From sequence record MK774614.2: 64,000 nucleotides of DNA. One strand, given 5' to 3'. The stretch's first letter is position 1. Every line of letters begins with the position of its first letter. Shown piece after piece: positions 18,567 through 27,838 of this stretch. Under the pieces are notes generated by a model. It ran no database searches. It was not told the origin of the DNA and worked only from the letters and a program-made list of their open reading frames with translations. The translations under genes were made by a program, and so were the position numbers.

Positions 18567-19108
18567 AACCTTTGAAACAACCGATCGTTGAAACACGTCA
18601 AGACGTTATTGCTGAGCAGTCAGCAAAAGTCGAGTCTATGGACACCAGCACAAAAGTCCCTACTGAAAAAGTTCCGGTTACGCCTGCGACCATTTGGAAA
18701 AACGGGTTTAACCTGTTTGTTGATTTCCTCAAAGGCGATCACTTGAGTGGGGACTTGATTAAACGTCCTTTGTTCCAAGCTGAGTTTATGGACAGTATTC
18801 CACGGATTCTGGAACTGGATCAAAACCTCGCTCACGAAGTGCTGGATCACTGGTTGATCACGATTGCTGAAAACCGCCGGACCTTTGGACAGAATCAACT
18901 TTTTGTCCCTCTCTATGCGGTAGAGAAAGATAAAATGCGACCGATCAGTGAAATTGCGCGTTACAAAATGTTCCTGGTCTTTATGGTTATGTTGTCTGAT
19001 AATGCCCAAGTTAAATCGAAGTTTATTGCTAACTTCGATGTTGCTAAACTGGTGCATGAATTCTCAGGTAAAGCAGCTCAGACCCTCAATAATTATATCT
19101 ATCGCTAA
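18563..19108 (+). CDS. Hypothetical protein
   Basis: 181-aa ORF overlapping previous stop (ATGA). Confidence 0.75.
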   Translation: MKPLKQPIVETRQDVIAEQSAKVESMDTSTKVPTEKVPVTPATIWKNGFNLFVDFLKGDHLSGDLIKRPLFQAEFMDSIPRILELDQNLAHEVLDHWLITIAENRRTFGQNQLFVPLYAVEKDKMRPISEIARYKMFLVFMVMLSDNAQVKSKFIANFDVAKLVHEFSGKAAQTLNNYIYR

Positions 19109-19117
19109 GTCTATTTT

Positions 19118-19149
19118 CATTCTTTACCCACTGGTGTGGGTAAAGAATG
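19118..19149. terminator. 14-bp-stem hairpin
   Basis: CATTCTTTACCCAC-TGGT-GTGGGTAAAGAATG. Confidence 0.55.
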
Positions 19150-19164
19150 TTTTGCTACAATAGC

Positions 19165-19271
19165 TACTTTTATAAAACAAGGGAAATAACATGAATGTGA
19201 ATATTGATCAAATGGATCATGTTTTTGACACCATTGATGGGTTTGAATCTATTAGTAATAAAGATTTTAAA
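19165..19271 (+). repeat. 107-bp leader cassette, copy 1
   Basis: 26 nt of identical upstream sequence plus 27 codons; repeated at 21583-21689. Confidence 0.95.
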
Positions 19272-20195
19272 ACAGTAAATGCGAAATACACCCAGACTGT
19301 CCTTCGGCTCAATGGGTGTGATTTAGCGGTAATTGCAGGTCAGGAAGGTTTGGGAACTGCTATTAAGGAAGGTGCTAAGAAAGTACTGGACATGCTCTTG
19401 AATCTGATCAAGGCGGTTAAAGATTTCTTCTTTGGTAGTAAAGGCAAGAACAAAGAAGTTCAGATGCGGGAAGCCAGTAAACAAGCAAAACAAGTTTTGG
19501 TAGAAGTAAAGAAAGCACCTGCCCTGGAAGAGAAGGTTGCTAAAAACGCAGAAAAACTTCAACCCAGCATGACCAAGATCGCTAAAGCTGCAACACACGA
19601 AAAGATTGAATTGGTCTTTGGCCCTTACGTTAATTTCATGTCAGAGTACTTCGAGACAATGGCGGATGCAAAAACAGAAGGCTACCTTGTTGCCGCGCAA
19701 ACTGGCAAAGCGTCACTAAATAAATGGCGAACTGATAACTTGAAACTGCTGGCGGCCTTTAATACCCTGGCTAAATCATTTACCCATCGTTACAAAGATG
19801 AAGAAACAAAAGAAGTTGAAGCCTTCGCTGTAATTGAAAGTATCGAGACGGGTAATAAAGTTATTGCTGGAACCGAAGCGTTCCGGGATGTCGCAAAAGA
19901 CGGTCTTAAAAGTGTTAATGAAACACTTGAAGGTTACACCGCGTATTATGAAAGTTTGATTAAAGAAGGAGATAAAGCTGGGAACGCTGAGCAAGTATTG
20001 AAGTTTATTCAGTCACTTGGCAAAGTAGATACCAAAATGGCTAAACTCGTCAGTGAGTGCGATGAGTTTATTATTACTATAGCTGCCGCCATTGCTCGCC
20101 TGGGTACTCCTATTCTGGAAACAGAACCACAACTGAATAAAGTATTGAGTAATATTACCAGTACTGAACAGTTAGACGATTTCATGAACAGTTAA
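19191..20195 (+). CDS. Internal head protein paralog (phiKZ gp93-family-like)
   Basis: DGFES and AGQEG maturation-type motifs followed by an amphipathic helix ending KDFFFG. Confidence 0.7.
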   Translation: MNVNIDQMDHVFDTIDGFESISNKDFKTVNAKYTQTVLRLNGCDLAVIAGQEGLGTAIKEGAKKVLDMLLNLIKAVKDFFFGSKGKNKEVQMREASKQAKQVLVEVKKAPALEEKVAKNAEKLQPSMTKIAKAATHEKIELVFGPYVNFMSEYFETMADAKTEGYLVAAQTGKASLNKWRTDNLKLLAAFNTLAKSFTHRYKDEETKEVEAFAVIESIETGNKVIAGTEAFRDVAKDGLKSVNETLEGYTAYYESLIKEGDKAGNAEQVLKFIQSLGKVDTKMAKLVSECDEFIITIAAAIARLGTPILETEPQLNKVLSNITSTEQLDDFMNS

Positions 20196-20204
20196 CTTTG
20201 TAAA

Positions 20205-20238
20205 AGAGCCACCTAACCCAATTGGGTTAGGTGGCTCT
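20205..20238. terminator. Perfect 34-bp palindrome
   Basis: AGAGCCACCTAACCCAATTGGGTTAGGTGGCTCT. Confidence 0.65.
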
Positions 20239-20262
20239 AAAACATGTTGCCTATAATTTTTG

Positions 20263-20283
20263 AAACAGATATTATTATAATGT
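20263..20283 (+). promoter_or_regulatory. Putative early promoter
   Basis: AAACAGATATTATTATAATGT. Confidence 0.6.
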
Positions 20284-20316
20284 TAAACAACCTAATGTTT
20301 ATTTAAAGGAGTGGTT

Positions 20317-20895
20317 ATGAATTGCGAAACAAAAGAGATGTTTATTCGTTTTGCTAACGGCGCTTTCACAGAGTGTAAAGCAATCCCCGCTGGGGTGTTG
20401 TTGGTTTGGGATAAAAATATTAATCCGTTAGAAGTATCGGGCGTATCATCAAAAGAATCGGAAGAACGATTCAGTCATTTTGCTCGCGTTGACGTTCATG
20501 GAAAACGTAAATCCAAACTGGGCGTTTTTACCTCTGATACTCAAGATAAGAACTACCTTGTTATTGCTCCAATACAGTTTTTTAAGGTTGCCTTAGATAT
20601 GTTGGACCCGACGTTAGACCCCAAAACCTTGTGGAATAACGAAACGCCATCTGATGGTTTTAGCACGCTGTTTGACGCACTCAGTTACGTTCGAGAGAAC
20701 TTTACTCCAACTGGCAAAATCGGCGGCAAAGAAGATCCCGAACCCGCGGAACCTGTTGTAATCAAATCTTGGTCGCTGCACAAAGAGAATTACACCAATC
20801 AAGAAGTGCAAGAGATCCTCAGTGAGTTTAAAGAAGAACTGGTTGAAACCACCAATCAGTTAATGAACCGCCTTATTAACAGACTTAGCAAATAA
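20317..20895 (+). CDS. Hypothetical early protein
   Basis: ATG 20317 after AAGGAG; downstream of the early motif. Confidence 0.75.
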   Translation: MNCETKEMFIRFANGAFTECKAIPAGVLLVWDKNINPLEVSGVSSKESEERFSHFARVDVHGKRKSKLGVFTSDTQDKNYLVIAPIQFFKVALDMLDPTLDPKTLWNNETPSDGFSTLFDALSYVRENFTPTGKIGGKEDPEPAEPVVIKSWSLHKENYTNQEVQEILSEFKEELVETTNQLMNRLINRLSK

Positions 20896-20910
20896 CATTG
20901 GAGAATAAAA

Positions 20911-21504
20911 ATGCGTATTGTATCGATTGCAATTGTTGATAAAGACATTTATCTTGGCACCGTTTATTGCGAAGATAAGTACATTGACAAAGTCCTACTT
21001 ATGTTCCCCGGATTTACAAAATTGGGGACTGATTATAATCCGAATAAAAAGGATTACGGCGTCACGTACCTTCATCTTAAACAGTTTGATTTTCCGGCTA
21101 TTTATGGTTACGCCCATAAGCACGAAAATGAGTCTCTCAATAAACTGGTCTTTGAACACGCAGAAGACATCACCGTCAGAGTTTGCGGACTTGGGATGCT
21201 CGCCTGTTTTGAACAGATCAAACAAGAACAGTTCCTGTCTCTCCCTGATCCACACAAACAAGAACAAGAGGACGAAGCAAACATGGACCTGGAACAGAAA
21301 TATCAAGCTAATAATTCGTGTAACTCGTCACCTTCGCTTAAAACCTTCCTGGAACTCTCCGAAACGATGGATGGTGTTGGACTAACCCTTACCCCTGAGC
21401 AAGAGAACAAATTGCTTCACGATGCGATTAACGAGCTTCAAGAAGAGATCCGTTCTTTGAACAATCAGCTGGCTAAGAAAAACCAATACGACCTCGACGC
21501 ATAA
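20911..21504 (+). CDS. Hypothetical early protein with C-terminal coiled coil
   Basis: 197-aa ORF, GGAG RBS. Confidence 0.75.
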   Translation: MRIVSIAIVDKDIYLGTVYCEDKYIDKVLLMFPGFTKLGTDYNPNKKDYGVTYLHLKQFDFPAIYGYAHKHENESLNKLVFEHAEDITVRVCGLGMLACFEQIKQEQFLSLPDPHKQEQEDEANMDLEQKYQANNSCNSSPSLKTFLELSETMDGVGLTLTPEQENKLLHDAINELQEEIRSLNNQLAKKNQYDLDA

Positions 21505-21509
21505 TAACA

Positions 21510-21542
21510 AGGTCCCATTTCCCAGTCTGGGAAATGGGACCT
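21510..21542. terminator. 15-bp-stem hairpin
   Basis: AGGTCCCATTTCCCA-GTC-TGGGAAATGGGACCT. Confidence 0.65.
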
Positions 21543-21582
21543 GTAACTATTTTTTATTTGTGTAATCCTTTGCTATATTGTT

Positions 21583-21689
21583 TACTTTTATAAAACAAGG
21601 GAAATAACATGAATGTAAATATTGATCAAATGGATCATGTTTTTGACACCATTGACGGCTTTGAGTCGATTAGTAATAAAGATTTTAAA
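21583..21689 (+). repeat. 107-bp leader cassette, copy 2
   Basis: Differs from copy 1 at 5 synonymous third positions only. Confidence 0.95.
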
Positions 21690-22616
21690 TCCCCTAATAG
21701 TGTTTATGCACAAACCGTACTGAAACTCAATGGTGCTGATTTGGGCGTCATCTCAGGTCAAGAAGGGTTTGGAACTGCTGTTAAGGCGGGGGCTAAGAAA
21801 GTTTACGAAATGATCATGAATTTCTTACGCGCAGTTAAGGAATTCTTCTTTGGTACCCGCTCTGGTAAAAGTGACGCCAGTCTTTCAAAAGTGATTGCCC
21901 AAATTCCCAGATCAACGTTTGTAATCAAGGCCGCTCCAAATCATAAACTAGAAAAGCTATTGGAAGAAGCAAACGCGTCCAATGCAAAACTGGAAAGCAT
22001 TCTTTCTGGGAGATACGGGAGTGTGCGTTTTGCAAGCTACGATGAGTTCTTGGATGTGATGACTGAGAACACACAAGCCTCCCTCAGAAAACTTGATCTG
22101 ACTGGGCTTTCTATCACTAACCTTGGTGATACCGAAGGTTACAAAACAGACAAACTTCGGGAAGAGCTTGAAAAACTGATCAAAATGATCGCGAATCACG
22201 AAAGTGGGAAAGGACAGGATGGTTCCATAATTGCTCTTTTCAAGGCAGTCGAAGACGGGCAAGCCATGGCAAACACCCTCGGTTCTGTTCGAACCGAAGC
22301 AAAGAAATTGATTGTCACCATGACCGCAGATCTTGAAATCGCTACTCAAGCTTTGAATCGCAATAAGCAGTTTGTTGACAAAGATGAAAACCTCACCAAA
22401 CAACATGAACGTCTCGAAGCTTACACCATTCAGCTTGGTAAATCCATGGCTAAACTCGTCAAACTCAGCAAAGATTGTGAGAACTATATTTTAAACATTG
22501 CAGATGTTTGTGTCAAAATGGAAGCGAAGGTTTCTGGCAATGATAGTAACGGTAAACAAATTCTTGCCGAATTTGATAAACTTATGTTAGACGATGGTGA
22601 CGTAAGCTTTAAGTAA
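21609..22616 (+). CDS. Internal head protein paralog (phiKZ gp93-family-like)
   Basis: First 27 aa identical to the 19191 protein; SGQEG motif then helix ending KEFFFG. Confidence 0.7.
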   Translation: MNVNIDQMDHVFDTIDGFESISNKDFKSPNSVYAQTVLKLNGADLGVISGQEGFGTAVKAGAKKVYEMIMNFLRAVKEFFFGTRSGKSDASLSKVIAQIPRSTFVIKAAPNHKLEKLLEEANASNAKLESILSGRYGSVRFASYDEFLDVMTENTQASLRKLDLTGLSITNLGDTEGYKTDKLREELEKLIKMIANHESGKGQDGSIIALFKAVEDGQAMANTLGSVRTEAKKLIVTMTADLEIATQALNRNKQFVDKDENLTKQHERLEAYTIQLGKSMAKLVKLSKDCENYILNIADVCVKMEAKVSGNDSNGKQILAEFDKLMLDDGDVSFK

Positions 22617-22624
22617 ATAATATA

Positions 22625-22658
22625 AACTCTACTTACTCCGTTTGGAGTAAGTAGAGTT
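22625..22658. terminator. 15-bp-stem hairpin between convergent genes
   Basis: AACTCTACTTACTCC-GTTT-GGAGTAAGTAGAGTT. Confidence 0.7.
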
Positions 22659-22672
22659 CTTAAATAGTATTA

Positions 22673-24391
22673 TTAATTTTGGCTTTGAACAAACGGTTTA
22701 ACAGTGTTAGAATAGAAGTCATTGATTTCCACCAAAGACGGCATTCCGTAAATGGTAGAGCACAAGGTATTCGCGTTAGCAACGGGACTACTTGCGTAGT
22801 TCACCCCCAGTCTGCGATACTCGATTCTATCCAACCCTTCTATTTTACAAACCTCCAACTTCGTTGTTTTGTTTGAAACATTAAGAGACACCGTAACGCT
22901 GGGGTAGGCGGAGCTCACATCTATGTCGTCAGTATATCCATGTGCTTTTGAACGCCAGTGAGAAAGCCCTTCATAGAGGATCTTTCCATTTTCTTCGTTC
23001 ATCTCTGCGTGAAGCAACGCAATCCAATCTCGAAGATCAGGTTTTAGTTCCTTTAAGGGATCTTCTTTTCGTCTTCCCACTGTTCCCCACACATACCCAT
23101 TCTTCAATGCAATAAACGACAACATATCAGAAATCATGGAAGGTTGGGATTGGTACGATTTGAGCTCAGATGACGTCAACAAAGACGGCAGTGACATAGA
23201 GTAGTCATTCGTCGCTCGGTTAAGGTCTTCAATGACCCAGTTATCCTGAATGTTGTACATGGCGTACAAATACGGTTCATTTTCCAACATCCACTTGTGC
23301 CATTCCGCAGAACCTTCTTGCAGATGACTCCCAACATCCGTGTAAAGCTTTGAGAGCACTTTCTCATGTTGGGCAGTAGCATTTAACGCATACGACTCTC
23401 GCTTGCCCTGAGGGGCTCTTTTAATCGCATAAAACGACATTCCATCAAACCACTGCCATTTAGCGGGAGCTTGAACAACAGGAAACCGTTCATGATTATC
23501 AAGAGGTGTTCTAGAGCCGTCTACTTTGGTTTTAAATTCCCGCCCGGGGAAATAAAGGTAATCCTGGTAACCTTGGGGAGTCTTTGGGTCAGAATAAACT
23601 TGATCTAACTTATAACCTTCGTTTAACAGTTCCCGTTGGTTGGCCTGCATATCAAAGTTAGCATTCCAGGAAACAACATAATCAGGCCCGAGTTCATGCC
23701 AGAACTGAATGTTGTTATAAACGACTTTGCCGGGGGTATCTTCTAATTGGAAATGGATTTCAACATTGTGAAGGTCCATGTACTCTTTGAGGTATTTTTG
23801 GGCATACTCATTGAGTTTTTGTAAGATGACGTGATCTTGTTCGCCTTTAAAAATTGCTCTGAGTCCTGACCAGTAGACACGGTTCTTACTGGTCGTAGAC
23901 GCCATACAAACAGGACCCACACTGCCATCAGGAAGAATATACGTTTCTACGTCATATGCGGCAACCGTATAAGACTCTTGCGGTTGGTATTGTGGGTACT
24001 TGTCATAGAACTTTTGTTTAAAGACGACAGGGAGTGTTTCTTGACATCCAAATACATACGGATTGTTTTTGATCTCTTGGATTTGTGCTTTTCGATCAGG
24101 TCTACCAAAGAGGACTTTAGAAATGTTCATGGCAAGTCTTGCTTCATTAGAAGAGAACTTGTCACACTTGTTTAATTCAATGTAATCGCGAGAGTCTTGG
24201 AAATTACGGTGTTGTTTCTTAACAATGTAAAAATCCCGTTTATAGTTTTCCAAAAAGACCAATTGATCTTCTCGAGAGTCATCATCGTAAATGTTTGTAA
24301 TCTTCGCGGTAAGCAGGTCATTATCACTTAAGTGTTTGTGATAAGAGAGATAGGCGTGCTTACAAACACGCCCAACCAGTTTCTTTTCCAT
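22673..24391 (-). CDS. Split family-B DNA polymerase, N-terminal part (3'-5' exonuclease plus motif A; phiKZ gp82-like)
   Basis: ExoI YDVET, ExoII WNANFD, ExoIII YNIQD, PolB motif A DVSSAYPS; ends shortly after motif A. Confidence 0.85.
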   Translation of the reverse strand: MEKKLVGRVCKHAYLSYHKHLSDNDLLTAKITNIYDDDSREDQLVFLENYKRDFYIVKKQHRNFQDSRDYIELNKCDKFSSNEARLAMNISKVLFGRPDRKAQIQEIKNNPYVFGCQETLPVVFKQKFYDKYPQYQPQESYTVAAYDVETYILPDGSVGPVCMASTTSKNRVYWSGLRAIFKGEQDHVILQKLNEYAQKYLKEYMDLHNVEIHFQLEDTPGKVVYNNIQFWHELGPDYVVSWNANFDMQANQRELLNEGYKLDQVYSDPKTPQGYQDYLYFPGREFKTKVDGSRTPLDNHERFPVVQAPAKWQWFDGMSFYAIKRAPQGKRESYALNATAQHEKVLSKLYTDVGSHLQEGSAEWHKWMLENEPYLYAMYNIQDNWVIEDLNRATNDYSMSLPSLLTSSELKSYQSQPSMISDMLSFIALKNGYVWGTVGRRKEDPLKELKPDLRDWIALLHAEMNEENGKILYEGLSHWRSKAHGYTDDIDVSSAYPSVTVSLNVSNKTTKLEVCKIEGLDRIEYRRLGVNYASSPVANANTLCSTIYGMPSLVEINDFYSNTVKPFVQSQN

Positions 24392-24405
24392 ATTCTTGGA
24401 TCCCG

Positions 24406-24416
24406 AATGTTATGAC
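24406..24416 (+). promoter_or_regulatory. Putative late promoter
   Basis: AATGTTATGAC; TATG core as in phiKZ late promoters; recurs at 38648, 42802 and 50251. Confidence 0.5.
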
Positions 24417-24478
24417 GTCTTATTGGGGGTTATCTAAACTATAGCCTCTTTCTTGTAAAAATACTCCGGAGTAACAAC

Positions 24479-25852
24479 ATGCTTGGAATCGATTTCTTGA
24501 AGAAAGAAGTTCCGTTTCAATTTAATATCGCTGGCGTGGAATTCATGGATCGAGCTAATCCAGCGTTGTTTTACAAACTGCAACAATTCTTTCTTCCCCT
24601 TATCAAAGTAGAAGAGATAGAAGAAGAGTCAGTCAGACTCGACATGAGCAAATCTGACTACACCGATCTGGCCACAATGATTTTCAAAGAGACAGGGATC
24701 TGTGTAGACATCAGAGCACCATCAACTGTCTTTGAGCCAGGGATTGCCATTGATGTTGGGTATTTCATGCCGCAACACATTTTTAATCACCAAGATGCCG
24801 ATAGCTACTTTAGTGCAAAACACAGTAACGTGGGACAAGCAATGCGGGCATTGAAGACCGATATCTTAAAAGGTTGGGTTGACACCACCACAGGTAAGAT
24901 CGGTGGGGATTTCTCTAAAGTCCAATTTACCATGTTGCTTGGCGGTGATCTAAAGTCATATCTGTCCGAAGAGATGCATGTCAAATACCAGATTGGGTAT
25001 AATGACAGTTTGGCAACGTTTGTCCTGCATGAACTGGGTCATGTCTTTGCAGGGTTTTATACTCTGTCCCAAACGTGTATTGACATCTCGATGTGTTATG
25101 TGACATCCCGGTTAATCGCACAAGCAGAGAATGGGACAACTAAACTTTCCATTGTCAAAGACTTTGGTAAAGAGACAGGGACTGAAGTCCCGGTTAAGGA
25201 AAAGGATCTGGAAGGACTGGATGAATCTGGCGCTGAGATCTTGTTAAGTAAGCTGACCGAAGACCGCAATACACGTCGTACTCTTTCATTAGGTCTTGCT
25301 ACCCAAAGTGCGGAAACCTATGCAGATATGTACGCAATGAAAATGGGTTGTCCAAAGACCATGGTGATTGCGCTTTCTGCGCTGACTAAGTCTCAAATAG
25401 CTCCTTTAACGGGTCTTGTGGCTCCAGTGGCCCTCACGGCTGCGTTGATTGCTCTTGCACCACCGGTGGGGATCGGGTTCGGAATGGTCACCATTCCGCT
25501 GGCTGCTATTTTAACAGTCAGTAAAGTCACTCACAACCTCATTGATAGCGTGGAGTACGATTCACCCTATCGTCGTATGAAAAACGTCTTGCGTGTTTAT
25601 GCTTCAGAAATCAGCAGCAACAAAAAACTCTCTGCACGTGATAAAGCAAACATGCTCAAAGATGCCAAAGAGATGGAAAAGGCGATTGAAGAATCCAAGT
25701 CCGCTTTAGAAGGTACCGGGTTCCAACGCTTCTTTAACTGGATGCGGGTAGGTGGTGAATTTAAAGCTCGAGATTTTGAGCATTACAATCAAGAACTCCT
25801 TAGCCATAATTTGTCACTTTATAACGAATACTTCTCCACTGATAAGGAATAA
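24479..25852 (+). CDS. Virion head-operon protein with HExxH zinc-peptidase motif and hydrophobic hairpin
   Basis: HELGH, ETYADMYA and long hydrophobic stretch LTGLVAPVALTAALIALAPPVGIGFGMVTIPLAAILTV. Confidence 0.65.
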   Translation: MLGIDFLKKEVPFQFNIAGVEFMDRANPALFYKLQQFFLPLIKVEEIEEESVRLDMSKSDYTDLATMIFKETGICVDIRAPSTVFEPGIAIDVGYFMPQHIFNHQDADSYFSAKHSNVGQAMRALKTDILKGWVDTTTGKIGGDFSKVQFTMLLGGDLKSYLSEEMHVKYQIGYNDSLATFVLHELGHVFAGFYTLSQTCIDISMCYVTSRLIAQAENGTTKLSIVKDFGKETGTEVPVKEKDLEGLDESGAEILLSKLTEDRNTRRTLSLGLATQSAETYADMYAMKMGCPKTMVIALSALTKSQIAPLTGLVAPVALTAALIALAPPVGIGFGMVTIPLAAILTVSKVTHNLIDSVEYDSPYRRMKNVLRVYASEISSNKKLSARDKANMLKDAKEMEKAIEESKSALEGTGFQRFFNWMRVGGEFKARDFEHYNQELLSHNLSLYNEYFSTDKE

Positions 25853-25858
25853 TGTATT

Positions 25859-26284
25859 ATGTCTCATCTAACCCACATTGTTGCCGTCAAACAAAGTTTG
25901 ATTGCCCTGGGCGTTACAGATCCCACTAAGCAAATCGATATTGTCCGGACTGCTTATGTTCGTGCATTGTTCAGTGCAAAATCCCAACTCAACGTCCCCA
26001 GTGAGTATCAAGGTGATTTTTACCGTTATATGCTCTCTTACTGGAATGAGACACATCCAGTGGCTGGTAACTTGGTAGTTGCCGAGATTACGCGCTTTAA
26101 TGGTCAATTGCAAAGCGCGATTGATAACATCGGTTCACTTGAAAAGATCAAGGTGGAAATTGCTCCGGTAGAGTACGAGGGTAAAGTCACCGAGATCGCT
26201 GGATACAAAGAACTGGTTGACACGTTAGTTGGTGAATCTGCGCATAAATATCCTCACTTTAAATCCACTTATATTGGGGAGTGA
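25859..26284 (+). CDS. Small putative head protein
   Basis: 141-aa ORF in the late head operon. Confidence 0.65.
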   Translation: MSHLTHIVAVKQSLIALGVTDPTKQIDIVRTAYVRALFSAKSQLNVPSEYQGDFYRYMLSYWNETHPVAGNLVVAEITRFNGQLQSAIDNIGSLEKIKVEIAPVEYEGKVTEIAGYKELVDTLVGESAHKYPHFKSTYIGE

Positions 26285-26290
26285 TGGATC

Positions 26291-27838
26291 ATGAGCGAAA
26301 CCTCAATTGGAACCGTGGTTCAACTCTCTCCTCACGGTCAAACTGATCAGATTGCTGTGGTAGCCAAAAGTGCCGAAGGGGATGAGCTGGTCTCCTTGGA
26401 TGATGTTTATGAAGTCACTGGCCAAGAATCAATCGGGTTTATTATTCGTTCTGCCAACGAGTACTTCAACAAAGGTCGGTTGCATAAGAAGTCTTTTTCA
26501 GCGTTGAAAATTGATGGGTGTGAAAGTTTCTTACCTGTCTTTGATAAGCACAACGCGCGGATGGGCGGTGAGTCTTTCATTGGTAAACTCAAAGATGGTT
26601 TTATTGCCATGGTCAAAGCGATTCGTCGATGGCTGGGTGCAATCATCGACTGGCTCTTGACACGTCTAAAATCGCTCTTTGGGTTTAGCAAAACCGAGAA
26701 AGAGATTGCCAGCGCTGAAGAGCATTTGCAAAAACTCAAGCCGCTACTTCGTACCTTTATGTTGCGTGCCTTTGGCGGTTCACCAGAGATGGTAAGTTTT
26801 GACATTGATGAATTCATGCACACGCTGCCTGAAGGTGTGACTGGCAAAGAAGTCATGACCATTATCAAGAACCGGTCTCAAAACAGCACTGACGTGGTTC
26901 AGGCAATGGATAAAGCATCGGCTGACATTGATAAAGCATACACTTTACTGGTAGAAGCAACCCAAAAAGCCAGGTCGGTTAAAAGCAACTATACCCGTGC
27001 AATGGACAATTTCAAGCGGGTTGTGAATTCTAAGAAAGTCACTGGTGCGGATATTGTTGAACTACAAAGCCAACTTTCTCGGATGGTGATGGAACAACTC
27101 AATCCCGAGAAGTACCGCGCCATGGCCGAGACCTTGGTTAGCAAGATCTATGACATTGAAATCAAAGATCTTGGGGTGGAGTCCAATTTCAAGCTTATCA
27201 GTGATGAACTCAAAGCCAAGCTGGAACAAACCAAAGCAGCCATCCCGCAAGATGCGGTAACTTATTATAAGCAGCTCCAAAAGAGTTACATCCAACGGGT
27301 GACCACGGCGGACTATTCCAAGATCACTGGCGATGAGCTTAAAGCACTCAAAGACATTGTGAATGACAAAGATGCTGAAATACTGGACCAAGTGGTTAGG
27401 ATGTATCCTGAGCACACGGAACTGGTCGGAAATTATCTCCACTTCTCTCAATGTGTCACTAATTTTAATGAGTCAGTAAACCTGATCTCAGAGGTGCTCC
27501 AGCGCTGTTCTATCACCACCAGCTCGATCAGTAAATGGCTGACTTCGCTGCAAACCTTAGGGATGGCATATGTGACTCAGGACGTCTGTAAGATCATCGA
27601 GGCACATAAAGAAGTGACCCCAGGGCATGAAGCAGAGTTCTTCTCCAAGAATGCGGATGGTTCATTAGGGCTTCCTCGCTTGATGCCAGATGACACAAAA
27701 GTCCTGAAACACTATTATCCGGACTTTGATCTGTCCCAGGAATTCACTGATGCTGCCCGTATTGCTCAGCAACTTCCTCAAGTGAAAACTCCCCTCAATA
27801 ACTTGCTCAAAGAGTTGGGTATTGGGATGAAGGTGTGA
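26291..27838 (+). CDS. Internal head/ejection protein
   Basis: TGQES, DGCES, GGES motifs followed by amphipathic helix; all-helical character. Confidence 0.7.
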   Translation: MSETSIGTVVQLSPHGQTDQIAVVAKSAEGDELVSLDDVYEVTGQESIGFIIRSANEYFNKGRLHKKSFSALKIDGCESFLPVFDKHNARMGGESFIGKLKDGFIAMVKAIRRWLGAIIDWLLTRLKSLFGFSKTEKEIASAEEHLQKLKPLLRTFMLRAFGGSPEMVSFDIDEFMHTLPEGVTGKEVMTIIKNRSQNSTDVVQAMDKASADIDKAYTLLVEATQKARSVKSNYTRAMDNFKRVVNSKKVTGADIVELQSQLSRMVMEQLNPEKYRAMAETLVSKIYDIEIKDLGVESNFKLISDELKAKLEQTKAAIPQDAVTYYKQLQKSYIQRVTTADYSKITGDELKALKDIVNDKDAEILDQVVRMYPEHTELVGNYLHFSQCVTNFNESVNLISEVLQRCSITTSSISKWLTSLQTLGMAYVTQDVCKIIEAHKEVTPGHEAEFFSKNADGSLGLPRLMPDDTKVLKHYYPDFDLSQEFTDAARIAQQLPQVKTPLNNLLKELGIGMKV

